From contig NC_086108.1 of NCBI RefSeq assembly GCF_963921235.1, forward strand, positions 37,326,001 through 37,390,000: DNA of 64,000 nt, read 5' to 3'. Source of the DNA: Mobula hypostoma. Its lineage: Eukaryota. Shown here in pieces: positions 36,355-47,246 of this stretch. Made by a program: the position numbers and the translations under genes. The notes beneath the pieces are model-generated. The model saw only the letters and a program-made list of their open reading frames with translations, did not search any database and was not told the DNA's origin. Every line of letters starts with the position of its first letter. Position 1 is the stretch's first letter.

Positions 36355-38210
36355 CCTTTAGGCAATCCCTCAGATGACTTGTTTCTTCTCCAGTTGAGGT
36401 CAGTAGGGAGGACCTGCTCACTCTGCCACAGATGGGCCAGGAGGAATAGGTGGGTGGCTGATCTGGTGATATTGTGCTCCTCACCTCAGTTTTGCTAGAC
36501 ATCCTTGTGCTCCTTGTCTCTGAAACTTGCCTCAGTTCCATCTTGGATGTTCTTTCTCTTTGAGCAGTCCTGGACCAGAGGAGGCTACTTTGCTTTAAGG
36601 GTGCTTCAAGAGCATCTCTGAAGCGTTTCTTCTCTGCTCTTTGTAATCTGTTGCCATTTTAGAACGTGGAGCAGGAGTGAACATAACATAGGAACATAAG
36701 AAATAGGAGCAGGAGTAGGCCATCCGGCCCATCGAGCCTGCCCCACAATTCAATAAGATCATTTCTAAATGCTTTGCTATTTATTTCTTAATAACAGTTT
36801 CAAGCATTTTCCTGACTACCGATGTTAAGCTAATTGGCCTATAGTTGCCCGTCTTTTGCCTACATCCTTTTTTAAAACGTGGCGTGATATTTGCTGTCTT
36901 CCAATCTGCCGGTACCTGCCCAGAGTCTAGAGAGTTTTGATAAATGATTACCAACGTGTCTATTATAACCTCCGCCAATTCCCTCAGCACCCTGGGATAC
37001 ATCCCATCAGGACCAGGGGACTTATCTACCTTCAGGCCCTCTAATTTGCTCATCACTAGCTCTTTAGTGACAGTGATTTTATCGAGGTCCTCACCTCCCA
37101 TTTCGTCCATAACATCCTTCTTTGGCTAATTAGACGTGTCCTCCACCATGAAGACCGACACAAAATAGTCGTTCAATGCCTCAGCCATTTCCTTTTCACC
37201 CAATATCAATTTCCCCTTCTTGTCTTCCAAGGGACCTACATTGACTTTAGCCACCCTCTTCTGCTTTATATATTTATAAAAACTTTTGTTATCTGTTTTT
37301 ATATTTTGTACTAATTTACTTTCATACTCTATCTTCCCTTTCCTTATTTCTTGTTCAGTTGCTTTTTGTTGCTTTTTAAAGTTTTCCCAATCCTCCCGTC
37401 TCCCACTACTCTTTGCGACTTTGTACACATGAGCTTTTAATTTGATACTATCTTTTATTTCCTTAGTTATCCAAGGCTGGCTCTCCAAACACTAACATGC
37501 TGCTCAAGAAAGCCATCATGGATGCATTCTATGAAGTCCTCCTCAAAACTTCCTTGATCAACCTGATTCACCGTGTGGAAGTTAAAATCCCCCATGACAA
37601 CTGCCGTTCTGTTCTTACAAGCCTCAGTTACTTCTTGGTTAATTGCCTCTGCCACTGCAATATTTTTATTAGGTGACCTATAGACAACTCCCACCAGTGA
37701 TTTTCTCCCTTTACTATTCTTAATTTCTACCCAGATGGACTCAACATTCTGCTCCATAGATCTTATATCGTCCCTCACAATCATCCTGATCTCATCCCTA
37801 ATCAAGACCGTCACCCCAGCTCCTTTGCCTTCCTGCCTATCTTTCCATATTACCTGATACCCTTGGATATTTAATTCCCAGTCGTCTCCACCTTGCAACC
37901 AGGTGAGTCTTGAAAGACTGGTATCTAGCAAATAGATGATTTGGTCATCGTTGGAGCCGCTGAATATAATTGGAGCCTCAATGACAGAGATGTTGGCCTG
38001 GGAGTAGATGCTGTCCTTGGTTCACTTATTCTGCCAATGGATTTGGAGGATTTTGTGGACACACCATTAGTGGTGCTTGTACAGTGCTTTGAAATGCCTC
38101 TGCAAAGTAGTTCATGTCTCAGAAGGAGAGAGGAGGGCAGGGATCACTGCTGTCATGATGATCATGAGCTTTGTGTAAGGATTGAAGCCTTGATATTCAA
38201 CCACAGTACT
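36355..38210 (-). mobile_element. RTE-clade LINE 3' fragment split by a CR1 insertion
   Basis: Minus strand 38200-37905 reads TKLMIIMTAVIPALLSPSET...KILQIHWQ...SQANIS...LDTSLSRL and continues at 36680-36355 with EKKRFRDALEAPLK and PICGRVSRSSL. Confidence 0.75.
36681..37903 (-). mobile_element. CR1 LINE with two large internal deletions
   Basis: EN fragment (37490-37903), linker to RT start (36761-37488), then direct join to the 3' UTR and tail (36681-36760); possible gtga TSD. Confidence 0.88.
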
Positions 38211-39027
38211 GAACATGATGTGATGCCTCAGTATTTGTGGAACTCAGGGTCTGAATACAGATGAGTCCTTAAGAAATTTATAAAAGTGGAATTAGTGTGT
38301 AATGGAAGTTTCCAATATGTGGTCACCTGCTTATCATGCGACCTCAATGTTTCTTCAGTAATCACAGTACATACTGGTGCTTGGATATTGACGCGGGTAG
38401 CTGAAGCTTTTGAACAGTTCATACTTTGTGGTGTAGTAAGCCATAAGTAAACACTTCCTTTTTTACTGATGCCTTTGTGAATGATTTTGGGGCATTTCTT
38501 CCTGAATATAAATCTTTACAAATAAAATTTCCAGGCTTTTCTTTTAAATATAATCAACATCCAGTCTCAACTTTTCAATGACAATAGTCAGTTCTTAAAT
38601 CTCAGTCCTCCATTTTAGCAACATTTTCAGATTATTGTAGAATGGCATCAGAATCCCAAGCACCAGATTGACTCTAAATTCCAGAACTTGATGAAGGAGG
38701 GCTCCAGATCATTTGAAATTGGAACGTTCAGACTGGGAGACTTATTGTTGATACAAGAGAAATGATGTACAACTCCAATACTTAGTCCTGCAGATTCTTA
38801 AGAGGGTGTGGAACTTTGGTTTGGTCAGTTTGCAACACAGGCATGGTTGTTTTTATTAAAATTATCAACAAAGGCTGCAAGGGATCTGAGAAAAGTGGGT
38901 AGTGGAATGGAAAGCTATTCCCAATAGAGATAAGGGCAACATTCAGAAAGCAATACAGAATAAGTTTTCCAAATATTAAAGGTCCATGATTTTCTTCCAT
39001 TCCTGTAGTTGTTGCACCTTTGCATCA

Positions 39028-39455
39028 TTCAAGATCTTTTAAAGTCATTTTCAATACACAAGTGTAAAGCAGAACAAAACAATTGTGACTCTGGAACTGA
39101 TGCTGCACAAAAAAAAAGTTAATATAATAATGAACACAGTAATAAAAAATACACAGTCAATATGTATATATAAGATAGCTTATAAGCCAAGATAAATTGT
39201 ATGTGTATTAAGTGATGCTAGGTACAGGAGTGTCTGCACATAATGTGACTGACAGGTAATAATAAAATAGATAAAATAGTCGTGCAGCTAGTGGGTGGAG
39301 GTGTTGATCAGTCTTACTGCTTGGGGAAAGTAATTCTGTTTGAGTCTAGTGGTTCTGGTGTGGATGCTACAAAGCCTTTGTGAGAAGGGTGGGTGGGATC
39401 CTTTCTCTGGCACCATTTTGATTATACGTAGTTGATTTTGGGTAGGCTGGTTCCC
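39028..39455 (-). mobile_element. Rex1/Babar-like LINE 3' end, old
   Basis: Same layout as other Rex1 3' ends here (cagtcttactgcttggggaaagtaattctgtttgagtctagtggttctgg...gggtgggatcctt) plus an AT-rich UTR. Confidence 0.5.
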
Positions 39456-41345
39456 ATAATTACCTAAATTAAACTTTAGTCTGCACTGGATCCCAATCCA
39501 TTCCTCAGCTGGTAGCTATCCTTAAAGATCACCATGGCAAAAAGACAGCAGAGCAAGCTTCTACACACTCTCATCCATTGGAACTTACACCCGCGACTGG
39601 AGATAGCTAACCTAACAACAGCTAGAGAGCAAACCCTGATCTGAACCGCATTTCCCTAAAGATACCTTGCTTTATTGTGAGCTAAGTATTAAAACCTTCA
39701 AATATAAAAGTATTTCACACAGTTTTAATTCTGCAAATTACTTTTGGTTTCTGTTATCATACTGAGTTTTGTACCATCAAGAGACAACCTTATTATTCAG
39801 GATTAGTTTAACAGCAGTGAAGTTTTATAGTATCTCCGTGTAGTGTTAGATTTCAGCACTGTCCTAATGAATAACAAATTCTGTTTCACAAATCTTGAGG
39901 AAAACATGCAAAAGGTGAAATTATCTTGAAAATTCTTCAGTGAAAGAAAGAATAAAACAAAACTTCTTATGGCAATAAAAATGCATAGCTTCCGAAGGCA
40001 AACCCCTGGACAGTCTTATGTCTTGGCAGTTTGCAGCTCTCTGATTGTACTTGGAGATTAGTACCAGCTAAAAGGAATCTGTCATCATTGCAAATCCGTT
40101 TTAACCTACTGGCCTGAGGAATTGTTTTTCTTTTAACACTGATGGAATTTTCTTCCAATGTGAATTGATTGGAATTTTGATCTTGTCTAAGGCAGAAAAA
40201 TCACAAGAATTGTTGCAGTACTTCTGAGCTCTATGTTTCACCAATGCTCAGTGTTCCAGCCAGACACAATGTGGGGCATTAACTCGAAGCATAGAATTGC
40301 CAATTAGGATTGAAACAGCTGTAAACCAGTTGCACAGTGCTTGACTTCACTGTCGTCCTGGATGTGCGCTTTTTCTCAACTATCCCAGGAAAAGGTTGGA
40401 AGCAGTCAGATGCTGAGAAATGCTGGCTGGTTGTTGGTGCCAGCGCATAGCAGAAGGGACTTCCAATCAGTGATGTCATGTACCCAGCAGGCAACTGCAT
40501 TAAATTTATGGCAGGTGTCAAAAGTAATCAGATGCAGAGAAATTCTAAGTGCACCTTTGTCTCTTTCTATAAAGACCTCCACAAAACAGCAAATATTACT
40601 GCTTTAATAGTTATATCCTGACAGGATTAATAAGGGTTCCCTCAAGGAAAGTCAAATTTCATGGATGTCCAGTTTGGAATAGTCTATTTGTGTCATTGAG
40701 GGCACCTCCACTCAAGACTATTCAAGCAGGACCATTCAAGTATGTAAGGGAGCATAAATAGGATACTGTGTTTTGCTAGGTGACTGCATAGTTATGTTGT
40801 GCATGGGATACTGGGTGGACTTAACAAGAAGTAGAAATTGTTTGCCTTGTTATTCCAGTTCCACAGTTATGTTAACTGAGCTTCCTGGCCTTGAAATAAT
40901 CTTGCAGCAAAATGAATGCAGGAAGCATTGAAGTGAATGATTCTATTTTTCTATAAAGCAGCTAAATGTAATGAAATGAAAGTTCCTGCAGAGATTAATG
41001 GTGAGATTAGGAACTCATATTCTGAATGCAGTATCCTGTCCTGTTGCAATATGATTAAAGGATGAGTCCAGCTCCAGGCACTGCAACTTAGGGCAATAAT
41101 GAGACATGGAGGATCATCAAGGCCTTGAATCAAAATTGGGACAAAATTTCTAAAGGTCTGAATTCCCTAAATATGGGACATTGTGGGGTAACTTGATTAA
41201 CATTTTAGGGCATCAAATGGAATTAATAGGTAGATATGATCAAATGGTTAGGAGGGAATTTTTTTCAAGTCATCGAAATGTAGAATAAGGGAATATAATT
41301 TTGAAATTCCACCCTGGAGTTTCAGAAAGGAAGTTAAGAATCAGA

Positions 41346-41482
41346 CGAAGAATCCTGACGAAGGGTCTCGGCCTGAAACGTCGACTGCGCCTCTTCCTAT
41401 AGATGCTGCTTGGCCTGCTGCGTTCACCAGCAACTTTGATGTATGTTGCTTGAATTTCCAGCATCTGCAGAATTCCTGTTGT
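41346..41482 (+). mobile_element. Penelope-like element terminal-repeat fragment, young
   Basis: Perfect 12-bp TSD ttaagaatcaga (41334-41345, 41483-41494); CpG-rich; hammerhead core followed by gatgctgcttggcctgctgcgttcaccagca...ttccagcatctgcag. Confidence 0.8.
41351..41387 (+). ncRNA. Minimal type I hammerhead ribozyme motif
   Basis: CTGACGA (41355-41361), stem II agg/cct, GAAA (41375-41378), palindromic ACGT, GTC triplet ending 41382; stem I aatc/gact has one mismatch. Confidence 0.7.
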
Positions 41483-42299
41483 TTAAGAATCAGATTTTCT
41501 AACAAAGTGTAGCAGGCATTAAATTCTTGCTCAATAACCACTAGCTTCTCACTCAATCAATAATTTTAAATCTGATATAGCCAGATGTATACTAGCTTTT
41601 AATATTAAAAGATATAAACCAGAGCTAGTCAATGTTTGCAGTCATAGATTTGGTTGAATGACAAAAAATGTCCAAATGTCTGAATGATCTGTTTCATTGT
41701 GTTAAGTTCCTCAGCTCATCATCGGAGTAAACTAATCATCTGGTTTGAATCCTGTGCTGATTAATTACAATCTGGAGGCTTTGTCACCTGTTGTTACATC
41801 ATCTTCAAAGCACCTTCAGTCTGACAGCCGCTGATTGTGTCATTGCTACCTTGGAAGATGAATTCCAGGTCAGACTGTTTATTCCCTATCTTCCTTACAC
41901 ATAATCCACGAGAAATAATAATCTTCATTTATATTATTTTTGCTTAAGAAGCACAGTAAAATGCTGAGCATTCTTTATTGGAGTGATTATCATCAGACAT
42001 GTGAGGTGATACTACATGGAGTTAGAAAATATTTGGACAAATGAGCAAGCATACGGTCAATACGACAGGTTTTAAGGAACATCTTTAGACGGGGAAGACA
42101 CGTAGTGAGCGAGAGGGGAAAGGCAAAGTAGTTCCAGAACACAGGGTGTCAGAAGCCAAAGCCACTGTTCCTTTCATCAGTGCACAAAAAGTCAGAATTA
42201 GGCCCATGTAGAGACTTTGGAAGATCGCAGGACTGGAGGAGGATACAGGAGGAACAGTTGGGGCAAGGCCATGGAGAAATACAAATCGAGTATGAATTT

Positions 42300-42594
42300 A
42301 TTGTCTTCAATATCTAATTCCAGCTAATTCTCATTAAGTGCCTGAGGGAGACAAGATCAAACTTTATCCTGATTGAGGTTTGTCCAAACTGTGACCCAGG
42401 ATAGTCACCAGGGAAAGTAGAGGGTGAACTAGAATTCCCCAGCTTCACTTTCAGAAGGAAAGTTTGGATGTTTCACTTATAGGATTCAGCTGAAACTTTG
42501 CTGCAGCAATAGTGATTGATCAGGATAAGGTTTGACTTGGTTCCCGTAGGAAATTACTGAATATTTAGGTGGAATTTGAAATTAAAAAGATAAT
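42300..42594. repeat. Imperfect inverted repeat with ~75-bp arms, probably an old MITE
   Basis: 42300-42375 pairs with 42517-42594 (for example tcaaactttatcctgat against atcaggataaggtttga). Confidence 0.65.
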
Positions 42595-42659
42595 GTCCCT
42601 TTATATCTTGGCTACTTCATCTGCTGAAAAGCTGAGCAAATAAATCAGAGTGATACTAG

Positions 42660-44380
42660 AAATATTGGAACACATTATGGTAGGAAATTCTCCAGGGCTA
42701 GATGAGATGTATGTCAGTTTGCTTATGGAGGCAGCTAGGGCTTGCATCCTTGTTAACCATAGGTGAAGTACCAGAAGACTGGAAGACAGCTAATGCTGTC
42801 CTTTGTTCTAAAGGGTTAGTGGGGATAAGCCTGGAAACCAGTGGTAACAAAGTTGTTGGAAAAGATGCTGATGGAGAGGATCTCTTGGAAAAACAAAGAC
42901 TGAACAGCAGGAGTCAGCATGGTTTTGTGCAGGGAGAGCACGTCTCACAAATCAAATTATTTTGAAGAGCAAACCAAAGAGACTGATGAAAATAGAGTAA
43001 TAGATGTTGTCTTCAGTAAGGATATTGATAAGTTGCACATGGTAGGCTGGCTCAGAAGGGTTCTGAGGTATGTTGGCAAATCGGATCCAAAATTGACTTG
43101 ATGATGGGAGGAAGAGGATAATAGTCAAGGGGTATTTTTCTGACTGTAAGTGTAGAACCAGCAGGAATTGATGCTGGGGCAGGTGCAGTTTATAATGTAT
43201 ATAAATGATGAGAGTCTGGGAACGTGGTCAAGTGGTTAAGGCATTCAACTAGCGGTCTGAAGGTCATGAATTTGAGCCCCAGCCAAAGCAGGGTGTTGTG
43301 TCCTTGAGCAAGGCACTTAACCACACAGTGCTCTGCGACAACACTGGTGCCAAGCTGTATCGGCCCTTGCCCTTCCCTTGAATAACATTGATGTCGTGGA
43401 GAGGGGAGACTTGCAGCATGGGCAACTGCCGGTCCTCCATACAACCTTGCCCAGGCCTGCACCCTGGAGAGTGAAGACTCTCCAGGTGCAGATCCATGGT
43501 CTCGCAAGATTAACGGATGCCTTTAAGTTAAATGATGAGATGAGGAGGTAGTTATGCTGAACAAAAATAGTTGGTTTAAGATACAGTGGGACATAGATCT
43601 ATTGGAGAGATGGGTGAAATGGTCACAGATCGAATTTAATCTACAAGTGTAAAGCAAAACACTTCCGAATGACAATTTTTTGTAGGACACACAGAATAAA
43701 TGGAAATGATCTTAGGAGCATTAATTGTACTGAGAGTCCTTAGGGTGTAAGTCCAAAGCTCACTGAAAGTGGTAACATAGTGGATAGGGTAAAGAAAAAG
43801 GTATTTGCTGTGCTTTTCTTCATTGGTTGAGGCATTGATTATAAGATTTGAGCAATGTTGCATTTGTACAAGCCATTGGTTGGACTGTAGGAAGGATAGG
43901 GTAGCAACAGAGAGAATGCAGAAGAGATACACAGGATGTTGCTGGAATGGAGGAATGCAATTAAAGGAGAGGTTAGATAGGTGTGGTTTATTCTCACTAG
44001 GATGTATGGGGCTTAGTGGTGATCTAAAAGAGGTCTACAAAATTTTGAGGGGGTACGTAATCAGAAGTTTTTTTCTTACAGCAGAGAAATCTATAACCAG
44101 AGGTAACAGGTTTATGGTAAGACTGAAAAACTTACAGGAGAGCTAAGGGGTTGATTATTTTCACACAGAGAGATGAATATCTGGAATGAGCTGCCAGGGG
44201 AGGGTTTGCAGGCAGACACTAGTTCAAAGTTTTAAAGGCAGATACTTGAATAGGACAATAATAGGGGGATATGGGCCTACTGCAGGTAAATGTGATTATC
44301 ATAGATTGGCATCATGGCCAACATGAATTAGATGGGCTGAAAGGCTCATGTCTATGCTATATACTGTACTTTAATGATTC
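42660..44380 (+). mobile_element. Old CR1 LINE RT to 3' end
   Basis: GEVPEDWKTANAV, SQHGFVQG and LSGDLKEVYKIL motifs, and a decayed tail near 44330-44380. Confidence 0.8.
43214..43528 (+). mobile_element. tRNA-derived SINE with a CORE-like box and RTE-like tail
   Basis: A box tggtcaagtgg (43225-43235), decayed B box near 43268-43279, gtgtccttgagcaaggcacttaacc box, tail ccatggtctcgcaagattaacggatgcc; perfect 12-bp TSD taaatgatgaga (43202-43213, 43529-43540). Confidence 0.9.
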
Positions 44381-44979
44381 TTTTTAAGTCCTGGCTGCAA
44401 TTATTTATGCTAAGCCAACAAGAGAACATCCAGAACAATATCACTGAGGGGAAAATAAGTGGACTGGTGGAAGCCAACTCCAGAGCTACTCCATAATGTT
44501 CATAAATCTGTCTCTTCATTCAACCACTGACCACTTCCATATGGTTGGAATAAACAGGGTCTGAAGGAAGTTCACAAGTTGGCTGGTGTCCAGGTCATTA
44601 AATAATAGATGAATGATCCAGCACAATGGAAGGAGTACAGACTGAATCAAGCAGCAAATAATATGTAAGCTTCATAACACCTGGGGCTCCCTATTAGAAT
44701 AGGCACAGGACAGAACTTGGCCAGAGTGCTGCATACATTTGCCCCCCTGCATCTCCTGACCCAACTTCAAGGCCAGCTATTCAAGGTAACAATCCATTGA
44801 AGTTCCATTTCATCTCTGTCCATGCTCATGAGGTCTGCTTTTCTGGATGGGAAGACTATTAGACATACAGAGCCTGGTAAATTGATAACAACAAACTTGA
44901 AACAAGTTCAACTGAGAGAGATGAACGAATTGCTTTCTTTAAGGCTGGGAGTAATGGTCTGAGGTCTGAATGGCAGTCA

Positions 44980-45500
44980 AAATGGGACAGTTCTGGTCAC
45001 TGCATTGAGAAGAAAGTAATTGCACTTGAGAGGGAATAGGAGACTCAGCAGGATGCTGGCAGATTATCGGTATAAGGTCGGACTATAGAGGCTTGATTTG
45101 TTTTCTTTTGAGCAGAAGAAGCTGGCAAAGGATCTTATCGGGGTTTACAATGTCATGAGCAACATCAATAGGATGGATAGTTCAAACTTTTTCCCATAGA
45201 AAATATGCCTGAAACCTTAGAGGTTTAAGGTAAGAGGTGGGAGGTTTGGTAGATGGATCTGAGGAAGAATTTTTTCCACCCAAAGTGTGGTTGGTATCTG
45301 AAATACACTGTCTGAATGGGTGGTGGAGGCAATTCACAATATTTATTAACTGTGCAGTCAAGCACTAAATTGTCAGGGCATAGAAGGCTGGGGAAAAGAG
45401 ATAGCAGATGGGATTAACATATATATTGGTACTTCGGCTGGTGAGGGCATGGTGGTCCAAAAAGTATGTGTTTGCAGTGTATGACTGTTATGTTCTAAAA
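44980..45500 (+). mobile_element. Old CR1 3' fragment
   Basis: cagttctggtcac..., ctgaggaagaattttttccacccaaagtgtggttggtatctgaaatacactg, decayed tail. Confidence 0.7.
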
Positions 45501-45634
45501 CTGTGCATGATGAAGTTATCTAATTATGTGTGTCTTTGTTAAGTTAAACTTGTAGATCAGTAACTAAATTCCAAGTCCCAGAACTTAGCCCTGTTGCAGA
45601 GCAAACTAGTGAGACACTGAGCTATCAGGCTCAG

Positions 45635-46060
45635 AGAATCATACAGCTGAAGTAGGCCCCTTGGCCTAACTAGTCCACAACAACCAACATGTCCATCCAG
45701 GCTATTTGTCCATATTTGGCCCATACTTTCTAAGTCTTTCCTATCCATGCACCTGTCCAACAGTCTTTTAAATATTTTTATTGTACCTGCCTCAACCACT
45801 TACTCTGGCAGATCATTCCACATACATGCCACACACTGTGTGTATATATAAAAAAAATTGTCCTTCAAGTTCTACTTAAATTTTTCTCCTCTCATCGTAA
45901 ATCTATTCCCTCTAGTTATTGATTCTCCAACAATGGGAAAAAGAGTAAGTGCATTCACCCTGTCTATACCCCTGATGATCTTATATACCTCTATTAAATC
46001 ACCTCTCAGTCTCCTACATTCCAAATCCTAGTCGTCCATCTTCTCCCTATCTCAGTCCTT
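45635..46060 (-). mobile_element. Old CR1 3' fragment
   Basis: ORF 45557-45799 begins VEAGTIKIFKRLLDRCMD, the CR1 ORF2 C-terminus; tail near 45640. Confidence 0.75.
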
Positions 46061-47120
46061 TGAAAGCTTTCTTTACCACACGTACAAAGAAACTTACAGT
46101 GAAATGTGTTATTTGCATAAAATCAACATGGACTGTGCTGGGCAACCCTCAAACTCTTTACAGAGAGTGGCAAGAAATTTTTTTCAAGGTCTTGTTAAAC
46201 TGAGTTGACTTGTTTCTTGTACCATTCTTGCTTACGTACATTTTCAGATTTCTGCTCTGATATATGCAATGTTGGGGGAAAAAACAGCATTGGCATAATG
46301 GTAGGCCCTTGTGTGTACTTTCTGCCTGCTAATGAAACACAATCAACGCAGCAAGACTACCTCAGAATGTATCCAGATCAAATATAATAAGATTGATTAC
46401 ATATTAAGTAACTTTGTTGATCTGTGATTGTTACTGCAGGGTGCTTGACTGTGTAATTGTGAGGTACGAGTTCCTGTTGATGCCCTTATTTTCTCCTTCT
46501 CATCTCCTACTCCTTGTCACCAAATTACTTGTTGTGCCTCATTTAGTTTCCAATACAAAACTATCATTAGTCACAGTGCAGAAAAAAGATCATTTATCTG
46601 ATCTTTGATGTTTCCAGTGCATTTTCACAGTGTAAGTTCCTCATTTTATTTTGAACATGGGTTTAAAAATTTTATTGTTTTACTGTTTATTAAAGCATCC
46701 AATAATGCTTAAGTATCTAATGTAATAAGCACTGTACTCTCACTAGTTTGTTTTGTGCCGGAATTATGATAGTCACTGCATCGAACCATGCAGCTTTCTG
46801 GCTGTCTAGACACATTATGGAACAATTCAGCAAAGTAGTAATATTTAAAAATAAACCCAATACATGTTGTACAACCTCTTTGAGACTGGCCTACTTGGTT
46901 TGTCACATGAAAAATTGTCCAAGAACTTGTGGTGCTAACTTCCAGCATGGACAATATTAAGCACAATATGAATTGCTTATTCCACGGTAGAGGTTAAATT
47001 TTGGTTGCATCTTTAGGTTCCTGTTTAAATTCTAAGCCTTCCTCTGAACATTTTTTATTTTCTGCATTTTGTAGTAACTTTCATTTCCATGCTAAAGTGT
47101 GTTTGTCTACTTTAGCACAG

Positions 47121-47246
47121 TCATGGTTGAAGTATCTCTTGGAATCTGGTAAAGCACCATTGAAGAAGAGTGACCTGGTTCATGTCAAAGTGGAGTGTGG
47201 TCTACAGGAGACTTTCAATGAACACTTTTTCAACAAGAAGGAACGG
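47121..47246 (+). CDS. Candidate isolated internal coding exon of an unidentified host gene (SWLKYLLESGKAPLKKSDLVHVKVECGLQETFNEHFFNKKER)
   Basis: Acceptor gtttgtctactttagcacag (alternative AG at 47114-47115), donor CGG|gtgagt at 47247, 126 nt, one open frame in phase 0-0, no repeat motif recognised. Confidence 0.35.

Larger units (their letters stand above)
41140..41690 (+). mobile_element. Very old CR1 3' fragment hosting the Penelope-type insert
   Basis: Decayed match to the CR1 C-terminal region (ggggtaacttgatt..., agaataagggaatataattttgaaatt..., ttttctaacaaagtgtag). Confidence 0.55.

Noticed and set aside
36182..36541. 119-aa ORF as a possible host gene
   Set aside because: It overlaps the decayed RTE 3' end (PICGRVSRS zinc-finger remnant) and runs into flanking DNA.
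43214..43290. Possible tRNA gene
   Set aside because: It is the head of a TSD-flanked SINE; the B box is decayed and no full cloverleaf forms.
46249..46465. Two tiny exon-like segments upstream of the 47121 candidate
   Set aside because: Weak donors and unrecognised peptides; expected by chance.
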